Below, one piece after another: positions 1 through 8,555 of a stretch of DNA of 41,992 nucleotides. Positions within the stretch are counted from its first letter, which is position 1. Each line of letters opens with the position of its first letter. Made by a program: the position numbers and the translations under genes. The stretch is from Candidatus Pacearchaeota archaeon. Lineage in GTDB: Archaea > Nanobdellota > Nanobdellia > Pacearchaeales > GW2011-AR1. A model generated the notes under the pieces. The model was not told the DNA's origin, did not search any database, and saw only the letters and a list, made by a program, of their open reading frames with translations. The stretch is from NCBI GenBank assembly GCA_018304175.1, contig JAGVWT010000008.1, positions 1-41,992 on the forward strand. The letters are read 5' to 3'.

Positions 1-363
1 GACGGAGTTCCTGATGTTGAAGATAATTGTCCATTAATTCCAAATGCTAATCAAACAGATACAGATAATGATGGAATTGGAGATGTTTGTGATGATACAC
101 CTAACGGAGATGATGATGACGATGATAGTGATGATAACAATAGAGGAAGTGGGTTCCATCAGATAGAGTTCTTGACTTTCAACGAACCTGTTCAACAGCC
201 AACAACATTTTTTGTGACTGAGACAGTTGAACAGCCACTTGTTTATTACGAAGTTCGGGAAGAAGGATTCAACATTTTGAAAGTTCTATTGTGGGTATTC
301 TTCATATTGATGCTTGTTTTGCTTTTCTTAATTTTGGTTTTGTTGGGAAGCAGAAGAAGATAA
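1..363 (+). CDS. 5'-truncated thrombospondin type-3 (Ca-binding) repeat surface protein with C-terminal membrane anchor
   Basis: Frame 1 is open from base 1: DGVPDVEDNCPLIPNANQTDTDNDGIGDVCD (TSP3 motif), an Asp-rich linker, a hydrophobic helix and an RRR tail. The ORF track's TTG start at 172 is internal. Confidence 0.88.
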   Translation, partial: DGVPDVEDNCPLIPNANQTDTDNDGIGDVCDDTPNGDDDDDDSDDNNRGSGFHQIEFLTFNEPVQQPTTFFVTETVEQPLVYYEVREEGFNILKVLLWVFFILMLVLLFLILVLLGSRRR

Positions 364-375
364 AATTTATTGAAG

Positions 376-807
376 ATGGGAGATAAAATTGAAGGACATA
401 AAATAGATGAGGTAACAACATTTAATCTTTTCAAGAAAGTTATGAATAAATTAGTAAAAGGTTATCCTTTATGGGTATACTTTGGTATTTTTGAAACATA
501 CTTTAAAGAAAATACTGAAAAATTGCTTAAGGTTTTAAATAATGACGGGCTTATTGAAAAGAAGTTTAATGAAAAAGAAAACAGAGAAGAATATAGGTTA
601 ACTGGAAGAGGAATAACCTTAATTTCTTCTACAACCCAATTAGAATATGCTGAAGAAACACATAAATTTAATAGATGGATAATTTATCTTACAATTTCTC
701 TAGTAACTATAGGTACAACCCAGTTAATTCTTGCATATTTACAAGAACCAATATTTTCATTAGAAAGTTTTTTAGAAGCTTGGAAAATCTTACACTTTTT
801 AACATAA
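376..807 (+). CDS. hypothetical protein, winged-helix-like segment followed by a TM helix
   Basis: LNNDGLIEKK...YRLTGRG resembles a wHTH recognition helix and wing, followed by hydrophobic WIIYLTISLVTIGTTQLIL. ATG at 376. Confidence 0.5.
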   Translation: MGDKIEGHKIDEVTTFNLFKKVMNKLVKGYPLWVYFGIFETYFKENTEKLLKVLNNDGLIEKKFNEKENREEYRLTGRGITLISSTTQLEYAEETHKFNRWIIYLTISLVTIGTTQLILAYLQEPIFSLESFLEAWKILHFLT

Positions 808-825
808 ACATCCTCATCAAAAACC

Positions 826-833
826 TTTTTAAA
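826..833 (+). promoter_or_regulatory. TATA box of the SRP RNA gene
   Basis: TTTTTAAA preceded by A-rich AAAAACC, ending 23 nt before the predicted RNA 5' end at 856. Confidence 0.6.
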
Positions 834-855
834 TTCAAATATACCTAGTCTATCC

Positions 856-1116
856 GTAGACTAGGTCAGCGGGTTAGTCCTCCGCTACTTGCAAATGGAC
901 TTCACGGCAGACTGCAAGGAAGGGCGTGAGAAGAGTGTTGGGAAGTCCTTTAATCCAACGTTGACGTTTTGTCCGTCTTGATCTTGCAAGTGCGAAGTGG
1001 GTCAGGCCTTGATCGGAGCAGCCCTAAACATTTGTTAAGGTGCTTGGCGGGTCGCAAAGCCGAGGAAGAATAAAGGGAAGCTTTTCAGTTTTCTTCAGGC
1101 AAACTTCCGAGTCTAC
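856..1116 (+). ncRNA. ffs: archaeal signal recognition particle (7S) RNA
   Basis: Helix-8 signature CAGG-CC-TTGATC-GG-AGCAG at 1003-1021. Alu-like 5' domain CTAGGTCAGCGGGTTAGTCCTCCGCT with a GTCC/GGAC loop-loop complement. Terminal helix GTAGAC(856-861)/GTCTAC(1111-1116). GC-rich island with an upstream TATA box. Confidence 0.85.
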
Positions 1117-1117
1117 T

Positions 1118-1141
1118 AAAAGAAACCCAATGGTTTCTTTT
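1118..1141 (+). terminator. hairpin plus T-run right after SRP RNA
   Basis: AAAAGAAACC-CAAT-GGTTTCTTTT, a perfect 10-bp inverted repeat. Confidence 0.5.
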
Positions 1142-1154
1142 GAACTTCCTTGAA

Positions 1155-1220
1155 TCACTGAACGGCGATTTCAAAGCGATTACGCATCGCGAAGCAGTGA
1201 AAAGCCTCCGATGAAATCGC
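1155..1220. other. structured intergenic element (possible pseudoknot RNA or REP-like DNA)
   Basis: Complementary pairs 1155-1160/1195-1200, 1165-1173/1212-1220 and 1176-1180/1186-1190. The first two helices cross. Confidence 0.45.
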
Positions 1221-1366
1221 ATAGAATTTTAACCCCTTAATTTTTTATCCTCAAAGGAAATCACAAATCATCTTAATTTTAATAACAAATTTTACTAGCA
1301 TTAACTTCAAAACTTTTGCTTTAGTAATCTAAATTAAATTCGAACGACAAAGGAGTGAGGTAATTT

Positions 1367-1723
1367 TTATTTCCCTTCTTTTATTGTCTTCTTAAATGAC
1401 TCTCGTGTCTGATGTTCATCGCTTAAGTGAAACTTGTGCTCAATCTCTTGTTCTATTTTGTTGAATGCTTTATGCAAAGTTCTCTTGAAATCCCAGTCAA
1501 AAGCTTCTGCCTTAAAAGCAACTCTCGTCGGTGCTAAAATGTGGATGTAAACACAGAATTTTTTTCTCGCACCTTCTTTGTTATATTCTTTTAAGTGAAT
1601 TGTAAATGAAGAAATATTTTTCAGCTTTTTCTGTATTCTTTCAGAGTATTCTTCGAATATCTTGTCAAAATCTTTCTTGTCATTTTCATCAATCAAATCA
1701 AAACCTATTGTCTGAAGATTCAT
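1367..1723 (-). CDS. HPF/RaiA (S30AE)-like ribosome-associated protein
   Basis: Pattern MNLQTIG...YSERIQKKLKNISSFTIHLK...FCVYIHI...FKAEAFDWDFKRTLHKAFNKIEQEI fits the beta-alpha-beta-beta-beta-alpha HPF layout. TATA ends ~22 nt before ATG 1723. Confidence 0.55.
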   Translation of the reverse strand: MNLQTIGFDLIDENDKKDFDKIFEEYSERIQKKLKNISSFTIHLKEYNKEGARKKFCVYIHILAPTRVAFKAEAFDWDFKRTLHKAFNKIEQEIEHKFHLSDEHQTRESFKKTIKEGK

Positions 1724-1777
1724 AAAATTAGTCAATTTATTTGGTTTATATATTTATATTAATAATAAAATAAATAT

Positions 1778-1790
1778 AAAAACTGTTTTT
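1778..1790 (+). promoter_or_regulatory. TATA-overlapping palindrome AAAAACTGTTTTT (also at 8530-8542, 11983-11995, 22299-22311)
   Basis: 13-mer lies at -26..-14 from the ATG in all four cases. Confidence 0.55.
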
Positions 1791-1803
1791 CTTTTTGTTA
1801 TTT

Positions 1804-2898
1804 ATGAAAATAGGTGATAAATTTGGGCAATTTTACATGGTTGCAACTATGGTAATCATAGTGTTAATTGCGAGCTTCGCGATTGTTATAAATTATTCAT
1901 CGCAGAGAATTCCACCCAGTTTTTATTATCTTGGAGAAGAGATAGAAATAGAAAGCGAGAAAGTTATTGAATATGGTTTAAACAATGAATTAGATTTGAA
2001 TGTTTTGCTTGAAAATTTCACAAGAACCTATTCACTAAACTCCGACGCAGACAATCTTTATTTTGTTTTTGGAGAAAGAGAAAGCATAACTCTAACAGGA
2101 TACCAAGAATTCAAATCAGAAAGCATTCTTGTCGACGTCGGTTCTGGAAATCAAGAAGTGGCTTTCAGTGAAGGAATTTACAAGACAGAAACTTTTGAAA
2201 ATCCAAATGAAGTCATAATTCTAACAGCAGAAAACATAGCATATAATATAACATTAAATGAAGGACAAAATTTTTACTACATAATTTCGAAAGACATAAA
2301 TGGGGAGAAGTATGTTACAACAAACACTTTGGGAATTTACAGTGATGCAGAACCTGAAGGTGGTGAAGAAGAACCGGAAGAAGAACTAGAATCAGGCCAT
2401 AGAATAATTTTCTTAAGTTCATCACAATACAAAGGAGATCTTGGAGGATTAGTAGGAGCAGATTTAAAATGTAATAATTTAGCAGAAGACTCAAACTTGG
2501 AAGGGACATACATGGCGTGGCTTTCCAGTAGTGTGGTTGACGCAAGAGACAGGATTCCTCAAGGAGAAGGAGACCTTCCTTATGTGAGAAATGATGCTCA
2601 AAAAACAGTGATAGCAGACAACTTAAATGATTTACTCGATAACACAATAGACAATCCAATAAGATACAATGAAAAAGGAGTTGACGAATTCAGTATAGAT
2701 GCTTGGACAGGGACAGATGGAGACGGAACACTTTACGAAGCATTTTTAATAGGAACATGTAATAGCTGGACCTCGTCGTCGTTTTTTAATACAGCTAGAC
2801 ATGGAGACTCTGGAAAAGTTAATGAAGGATGGACTAGCGATGGTATTGATGATTGCAATGTACACAATAGAATTTATTGCATACAAATCGGAGAATAA
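1804..2898 (+). CDS. pilin-like protein (class III signal) with C-terminal endostatin-like/DUF1554 domain
   Basis: N-terminus KFG/QFYMVATMVIIVLIASF. Acidic linker EPEGGEEEPEEELE. C-terminal IIFLSSSQYKGDLGGLVGADLKCNNLA...YMAWLSS...WTGT...TCNSWTS...RIYCIQ. Confidence 0.7.
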   Translation: MKIGDKFGQFYMVATMVIIVLIASFAIVINYSSQRIPPSFYYLGEEIEIESEKVIEYGLNNELDLNVLLENFTRTYSLNSDADNLYFVFGERESITLTGYQEFKSESILVDVGSGNQEVAFSEGIYKTETFENPNEVIILTAENIAYNITLNEGQNFYYIISKDINGEKYVTTNTLGIYSDAEPEGGEEEPEEELESGHRIIFLSSSQYKGDLGGLVGADLKCNNLAEDSNLEGTYMAWLSSSVVDARDRIPQGEGDLPYVRNDAQKTVIADNLNDLLDNTIDNPIRYNEKGVDEFSIDAWTGTDGDGTLYEAFLIGTCNSWTSSSFFNTARHGDSGKVNEGWTSDGIDDCNVHNRIYCIQIGE

Positions 2899-2951
2899 TT
2901 AGTATAAATAAGTTAAATAAATTTTATAAACCTGAAAACATTTGATTTGTG

Positions 2952-3422
2952 ATGATAAAAAAGGGTGACAGCCGAGGACTTTCGCCGACTATGGCGACTG
3001 TTCTTCTTATAGGATTAGTTATATTGATAGCATTGATAGTTTTCCTTTGGCTTCGTGGATTAAGTCAGGAAGCTGTTATAAAATTCGACAAAAACGCAGA
3101 ACTTGTCTGTGATGAAGTTAATTTTGAAGCAAGTTACTCTTCAGGGACTTTAGGAGTTTCAAATACAGGAAATGTTCCAATCTACAATTTAAAAGTAAAA
3201 ATGTCTGAAGGAGGAAGCTTCAAAACAAGCGAGTTGAATCAAGTTTCTGAAGATTGGCCGGAGTTTGGATTGTCAAGAGGCTCAACTTTTTCAGATGAAT
3301 TAAATATAGGAAACTCAAACAAACTAACTCTTGTTCCAATACTTCTTGGAAATTCAAAAAGCGGAAAAGAAAAAACTCTTGATTGCGACGACTCAAAGTA
3401 TGGATATGAGATTTTATTATAA
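2952..3422 (+). CDS. archaeal type IV pilin
   Basis: SRG/LSPTMATVLLIGLVILIA, a classic archaeal pilin N-terminus. Confidence 0.85.
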   Translation: MIKKGDSRGLSPTMATVLLIGLVILIALIVFLWLRGLSQEAVIKFDKNAELVCDEVNFEASYSSGTLGVSNTGNVPIYNLKVKMSEGGSFKTSELNQVSEDWPEFGLSRGSTFSDELNIGNSNKLTLVPILLGNSKSGKEKTLDCDDSKYGYEILL

Positions 3423-3423
3423 A

Positions 3424-3933
3424 ATGAACAAAAAAGGTATTTCAGAAGTTATTGTTTCTATAATAATGATTGCACTTGTTATGGGTTTGATAGCAATTGT
3501 ATGGGCTTTCTCGACGACTTTTGTTAAAGAAAGGCTTGAAGTTTCAGGCTCGTGTTTCGGAAATTATGGAGAAATTCAGATAAACAAGCAATACACGTGC
3601 TACGATTCCAGCAATGATGAAGTTCAAGTTTCTGTAAGCGTCTGGAATGCTGAAATCGACGGGGTTTTGGTTTCAGTGTCTGGAGTTTCAGGAAGCAAGA
3701 GTTTTGAAATAAAATCAGGAAGCAGTTACAGTTATGTTAAAAAACTTGGCGGAGTTTACGGAGAATCCCTGAATCCTCCTGAAAAAAATTCAGGAGTAAC
3801 TTACATCGTTGATGCAGGAGCGTTATCAATAACAGACGCAGACATAGTTAAAATCGCACCAATAATTGAAGGAAACCAATGCGATGTTTCTGACACTGCA
3901 GATAACATAGGAGATTGCTCGCTTCTTGCTTGA
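3424..3933 (+). CDS. archaeal type IV pilin
   Basis: MNKKG/ISEVIVSIIMIALV from ATG 3424, 1 nt after the previous stop. Confidence 0.85.
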   Translation: MNKKGISEVIVSIIMIALVMGLIAIVWAFSTTFVKERLEVSGSCFGNYGEIQINKQYTCYDSSNDEVQVSVSVWNAEIDGVLVSVSGVSGSKSFEIKSGSSYSYVKKLGGVYGESLNPPEKNSGVTYIVDAGALSITDADIVKIAPIIEGNQCDVSDTADNIGDCSLLA

Positions 3934-3989
3934 ATGAACATTAATTATTTAAATTTAATTTCTCCTTAATAAATATAAAAGAGGGGATT

Positions 3990-4517
3990 ATGAATAAATC
4001 ATTCAAAGATAAAAAAGCCCAGGTTTGGGTTGAAACAGTTGTTTACACTTTAATCGCTTTAGTGTTGATTGGTGCTGTGTTGGCATTTGTAAATCCAAAA
4101 ATACAGGAAATACAGGACAGGACAGCAATTGAACAAAGCTTGACTGTTTTAAACAACATCGACGGAATAGTTTCAACAGTAGTTCAAGGAGGAGGAAACA
4201 AGAGAATAGTAAGTGTCGGAATAAAAAAAGGAACTATTGAAATAAATGGTGTTGGAAATTATATTGTTTTTAGCATAGACAGCGAATATGAATACAGCCA
4301 GACAGGAGAAAAAGTAAATATAGGAAAAATAGTCTCTTTAACAGAAAGGTCAGGAAGTATAAACAGGATAACTCTTAACTTAAGCTATTCAAACTACGAC
4401 ATAAAGGTCAACTCAGAAGATGAATCAAAAATATTAACTCAGGCTCCAAATCCCTATTCAATTTCAATTGAAAATAAAGGAGGTGCAGGACCTGTTCTGG
4501 ACTTTGTCGTTAGTTAA
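3990..4517 (+). CDS. type IV pilin-like protein
   Basis: KKA/QVWVETVVYTLIALVL with Glu at +5; GAGGGG RBS upstream. Confidence 0.8.
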   Translation: MNKSFKDKKAQVWVETVVYTLIALVLIGAVLAFVNPKIQEIQDRTAIEQSLTVLNNIDGIVSTVVQGGGNKRIVSVGIKKGTIEINGVGNYIVFSIDSEYEYSQTGEKVNIGKIVSLTERSGSINRITLNLSYSNYDIKVNSEDESKILTQAPNPYSISIENKGGAGPVLDFVVS

Positions 4518-4546
4518 TTTTAAAAGAATTGGGTTTTTATAATAAT

Positions 4547-6109
4547 ATGATAGCTGTCGAAAAAAGAGGAGATGTAAGGAGTTATCCAATAACTGAGATA
4601 AACTTCTCGCCGAGAATTCCTCCGCTGAAAAAATTGCCGGACAAAACTAAAATTAATGTGAGGTATGCACTCATTTCTCCGTTTGCATTCGTGCATATTC
4701 ACTGGGATCCTAAAATCTCAGAAGTTATTTATGAAATTGAAGAACCATTACTTACAAGAGAAGAGGAAAGCCAAAAAAATGAGCTCAAAATAGCTATGGA
4801 AAACATGATAAATGTGAGGAACATAGTTGAGAAAGAAGAGGAAGCATTGCTTGAATACATAGATAGGATGATGAAAATTTTGATGATGGAATTAGGAATA
4901 GAAACTCCGTATGAAAGTTACAGGAAAATATATTATTATCTATGCAGAGATTTTATAGGATTCAATGAAGTTGATCCTTTGCTTAGAGATTATTTTGTCG
5001 AAGATATTGAATGCAACGGGGTTGAAACTCCAATATACATTGTTCACAGAGTTTACAGAAGCATAAAAACAAATGTCAAATTCAAGGAATTGGACAAGCT
5101 TTCAAGCTTCGTCGAGAAACTCGCACAAAGAACAGAAAAATATGTTTCTTATTCAAGCCCTATTCTCGACGGAAGCCTTCCAGACGGAAGTAGAGTAAAT
5201 GCAACTTACACAAAAGATATAACTTCTCGTGGCCCTACTTTCACAATAAGAAAATTCACAAAAACTCCGTGGACACCTCCACAACTTGTATCATTCAATA
5301 CACTAAGTCCGGAGATGGTTGCATACTTATGGCTTTTGATAGAATATAAGATGAACATTCTACTTATAGGTGGAACATCTTCTGGAAAAACATCTATGTT
5401 GAATGCTATTTCATTTTTCATACCTCCTGAAGCGAGAGTTGTAAGCATTGAAGATACAAGGGAATTAAATCTTCCAAGAGAAAACTGGTTGCCAAGCGTT
5501 GCGAGAACCTCAACGGGAATTGGAGGAGTAGGGGAAATTGATTTGTTCACATTGCTGAGAAATTCATTTAGGCAAAACCCAGATTATGTTATTGTTGGAG
5601 AGGTCAGAGGAAAAGAAGCTTCTGTTTTGTTCCAAGGTATGGCTTCAGGACACGCTTCTATAAGCACCATGCACGCCGATTCAGTAGACACTGTTATAAA
5701 AAGACTGGAAACTCCTCCAATAGAACTTTCTCCGTCGCTCCTCAATGTATTGGATTGCGTCTGCACGATGACTCATGCAATTGTGAAAAAACAAGAAACA
5801 AGAAAACTGAAAGAAATAGTTGAAATAGTAAATGTGAATGAAGACGGTGTCGCACTTACAAACACACCTTTTTTCTGGAATCCCTCTGATGACAGTTTTT
5901 ACTTCAAAAAAAACAGCAAAATATTTGAGAAAATTTCAAAAAGAAGTGGATTAAAACTTGAAGATATAGAACTTGAGTTTAGGAGAAGATCACAAATAAT
6001 ACATATTATACATCAGAAAAAAATTTTCGGATTCAGGGAATTTCATGATATAATCAACGAGTATTACAAAAAGCCCGAGGAAACCCTTAGAAAATTTGGA
6101 ATTCAATAA
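4547..6109 (+). CDS. type IV pilus/type II secretion assembly ATPase (ArlI/TadA/VirB11 family)
   Basis: EDIECNG, LPDGSRVNA, FTIRKF, Walker A GGTSSGKTS, EDTREL, Walker B IVGEVRG, His box STMHA. Confidence 0.95.
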   Translation: MIAVEKRGDVRSYPITEINFSPRIPPLKKLPDKTKINVRYALISPFAFVHIHWDPKISEVIYEIEEPLLTREEESQKNELKIAMENMINVRNIVEKEEEALLEYIDRMMKILMMELGIETPYESYRKIYYYLCRDFIGFNEVDPLLRDYFVEDIECNGVETPIYIVHRVYRSIKTNVKFKELDKLSSFVEKLAQRTEKYVSYSSPILDGSLPDGSRVNATYTKDITSRGPTFTIRKFTKTPWTPPQLVSFNTLSPEMVAYLWLLIEYKMNILLIGGTSSGKTSMLNAISFFIPPEARVVSIEDTRELNLPRENWLPSVARTSTGIGGVGEIDLFTLLRNSFRQNPDYVIVGEVRGKEASVLFQGMASGHASISTMHADSVDTVIKRLETPPIELSPSLLNVLDCVCTMTHAIVKKQETRKLKEIVEIVNVNEDGVALTNTPFFWNPSDDSFYFKKNSKIFEKISKRSGLKLEDIELEFRRRSQIIHIIHQKKIFGFREFHDIINEYYKKPEETLRKFGIQ

Positions 6110-6158
6110 TAAACTATTTAATGAGTAAATTATTAAGAAAAGAATGGGAGGGGGATTA

Positions 6159-6320
6159 ATGAAAGAAGATATTTCATTTCTTAATCAGTTAGCCAAAGCT
6201 TTGGAAGAAGCAGAATCAAAGCTTGAAAGGGCTTATGAAAAAAAAGACTATAAGAGTTTTATTGAGGCCAAGAAAATAATTATCAAAATACAAAAAGAAA
6301 TCTTGGATAGGATAAAATGA
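6159..6320 (+). CDS. 53-aa helical hypothetical protein (below ORF-track cutoff)
   Basis: MKEDISFLNQLAKALEEAESKLERAYEKKDYKSFIEAKKIIIKIQKEILDRIK. GAGGGGG RBS; its stop overlaps the next start (ATGA). Confidence 0.7.
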   Translation: MKEDISFLNQLAKALEEAESKLERAYEKKDYKSFIEAKKIIIKIQKEILDRIK

Positions 6321-7642
6321 GTTCAAATAATTTAAGTGAGTTAAGAAATTCTATATTAAAAGAATCAAAAATAATCAAGGAGATTAATTCTTTTTTATAT
6401 GAAGTTAAAGGCCAAGGAAGTGAAGAAAAAAAAATGATTATTTCACACATTAATATTCTGAAAAATAATTTGAAAAAAGAAGGAATAAAAGTTCTGGAGA
6501 ATCTGGAAAGCTTGAGTGTAACACAGCCAATGCCGAAAAATGCAATGAAAATTGATAAAGAGGAAGATGAAGAAATGCAGGTTATTAAGCCAATGACGAC
6601 GGAAGAATCAAAGGAAGGAAGAAAAGAAATTAGGAAAAAAACAAAGAAGGGTTTTTTTGAATCTGGAAAAATTAAATTAGATGGAATAGAAAAACATACA
6701 TTAAAAAGATTAAGGGAACGAGAGGAAAGAAATATTCCTAAATGGCTTATCAAGCAGAAAGAAATGGCTGAAGAAGTAAGAACACAAAGCGATTATGTCA
6801 TAATTTCAAACAAGCTCTTCGGAAATTTAGCTAGCCCACTTGCAAAAAAAGATTTTTTCAAGTCAATTTCAGGTGATTTAGTGAAATCAAACATGAGGTT
6901 CACAACTAGAAGCTACGTTTCAGTAATCTTGTTTACGACATTTCTTTCTTTCCTGTTTGCCCTGGTTATTTCCGCTTTTTTCTTGTTTTTTTGGGTTGCA
7001 GTTTTACCTTACACATGGGTTTTACTTTTCATCCCGTTGATTGTGTTTTTCTTCATGTTTTTTTATCCATCAACAGAAAGGAGCACTGTTGAAAAAAAAA
7101 TAAATCAAGAACTTCCGTTCGCAACTATAAACATGGCAGCTATTTCAGGCTCTATGATAGACCCAAGCAAGGTTTTCAATATCATTTTTTTCACAAGAGA
7201 GTATCCTAATCTCGAAAAAGAATTTTTGAAAGTGATAAATGGAGTGAATGTTATGGGGTATGACTTAGTAACTGTTTTAAGAAGCAATGCTTTTAACAGT
7301 CCGAGCAAAAAACTCAGTGATTTGTTCAATGGGCTGGCAACAACAATAAGTTCCGGAGGAGATTTGCCTAAGTTCTTTGACGAAAGAGCAAAAAGCATGA
7401 TGTTTGAATACGAACTTGAAAAGGAAAAAGGCACGAAGGCTGCGGAAACTTTCATGGACCTTTACATTAGTGTCGTCATCGCAGCGCCAATGATGTTAAT
7501 GCTTCTTTTAATAATAATGCAGGTTAGTGGTTTGGGACTCACACTTAGTACGAATACAATAACTTTGTTGGTAGTTGTAGGCGTGACTTTTATCAACCTG
7601 ATTTTTTTGAGCTTCCTTCACATAAAACAACAAAATGAATAA
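6317..7642 (+). CDS. T2SS-F/TadC/ArlJ-type membrane platform protein with charged N-terminal extension
   Basis: KKINQELPFATINMAAI, GYDLVTVL, SPSKKLSDLFNGLATTISSGGDL and several TM helices. Confidence 0.9.
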   Translation: MSSNNLSELRNSILKESKIIKEINSFLYEVKGQGSEEKKMIISHINILKNNLKKEGIKVLENLESLSVTQPMPKNAMKIDKEEDEEMQVIKPMTTEESKEGRKEIRKKTKKGFFESGKIKLDGIEKHTLKRLREREERNIPKWLIKQKEMAEEVRTQSDYVIISNKLFGNLASPLAKKDFFKSISGDLVKSNMRFTTRSYVSVILFTTFLSFLFALVISAFFLFFWVAVLPYTWVLLFIPLIVFFFMFFYPSTERSTVEKKINQELPFATINMAAISGSMIDPSKVFNIIFFTREYPNLEKEFLKVINGVNVMGYDLVTVLRSNAFNSPSKKLSDLFNGLATTISSGGDLPKFFDERAKSMMFEYELEKEKGTKAAETFMDLYISVVIAAPMMLMLLLIIMQVSGLGLTLSTNTITLLVVVGVTFINLIFLSFLHIKQQNE

Positions 7643-7662
7643 ATATAAAACAAAAAAATAAA

Positions 7663-8499
7663 ATGGAAATGAGATTGATGCACTGGATTGGAATAATTTT
7701 CGCATTTGGTATATTCGGAGTATCGTTTTTTTTCATAGGCACAGCAGTATTCTTTTTTTTGTTTGGTATGAGCCTCATTGTCGGAATTGCACCATTTGTA
7801 GTTTACTTGATTTATGAAGCAAGTGTTGAAAATGAAAAAGGGCAAATGTTTCTTGAATTCACAAGGAATTTAGTTGAAAGTGTCAAAACAGGCACACCGA
7901 TAAGTAAAAGTATAGTTAATGTTAAGGACAAATCATATGGAGTTTTGAGTGACCACATAAAAAAACTCGCTAACCAAATTAACATAGGAATTCCTTTAGA
8001 AAGGGCCTTGAAAATATTTGCAAGAGATGTAGATAACAAAGTTGTAACAAGGGCAATAATACTTATAGGACAAGCTGAAAAATCAGGAGGAAATATTGGG
8101 GAGATACTTGAAGCAGTAGCAAAAGCAGTAAGTACTTCTGACAAGCTGAAGAAAGAAAGAAAAGCGGTTATCTCGTCGCTGGTTGTTCAGGGTTATATCA
8201 TATTTTTTATTTTTATGGTTATAATATTAATTCTTCAATTTCAGATAATTCCAATGATTCTTGGTATAGGAGATATTGGGGGGATTGCGGGAGGTGCAAC
8301 AGGTGGGAGAGTTAGTGCAAGTCAATTGCAGGTTTCAAACGCTTTCCTTTACCTTGTTTTAGTTCAGGGATTTTTCAGCGGTATTGCAATAGGCAAACTT
8401 GCAGAAAAGGAATTCAAAGCAGGATTAAAACATTCATTTATTTTGATGATTGTAGCGTTCTTAGTTTCATCAATTTCAAACTTTTTCTTCGGTGGTTAA
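7663..8499 (+). CDS. second T2SS-F/TadC-type membrane platform protein
   Basis: FLEFTRNLVESVKTGTPI, IGIPLERAL, AEKSGGNIGEILE, QGFFSGIAIGKLAE. Confidence 0.9.
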   Translation: MEMRLMHWIGIIFAFGIFGVSFFFIGTAVFFFLFGMSLIVGIAPFVVYLIYEASVENEKGQMFLEFTRNLVESVKTGTPISKSIVNVKDKSYGVLSDHIKKLANQINIGIPLERALKIFARDVDNKVVTRAIILIGQAEKSGGNIGEILEAVAKAVSTSDKLKKERKAVISSLVVQGYIIFFIFMVIILILQFQIIPMILGIGDIGGIAGGATGGRVSASQLQVSNAFLYLVLVQGFFSGIAIGKLAEKEFKAGLKHSFILMIVAFLVSSISNFFFGG

Positions 8500-8555
8500 G
8501 AAAAAAGAGTCTGTGAATAAATTAAATATAAAAACCTGTTTTGACTTTTCATTAT

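Noticed and set aside
112-135. GAT triplet run as a tandem repeat
   Set aside because: Encodes the Asp-rich linker of the TSP3 protein.
856-1116. RNase P RNA interpretation (GGGAAGTCC, GAGGAAG words)
   Set aside because: No matching 3' P4 strand. The SRP helix-8, Alu loop-loop and terminal helix explain the region better.
1155-1220. Firm call as an HDV-like or theta ribozyme
   Set aside because: Lacks G+1, the P1.1 pair and a consensus L3; kept only as a topology-based lead.
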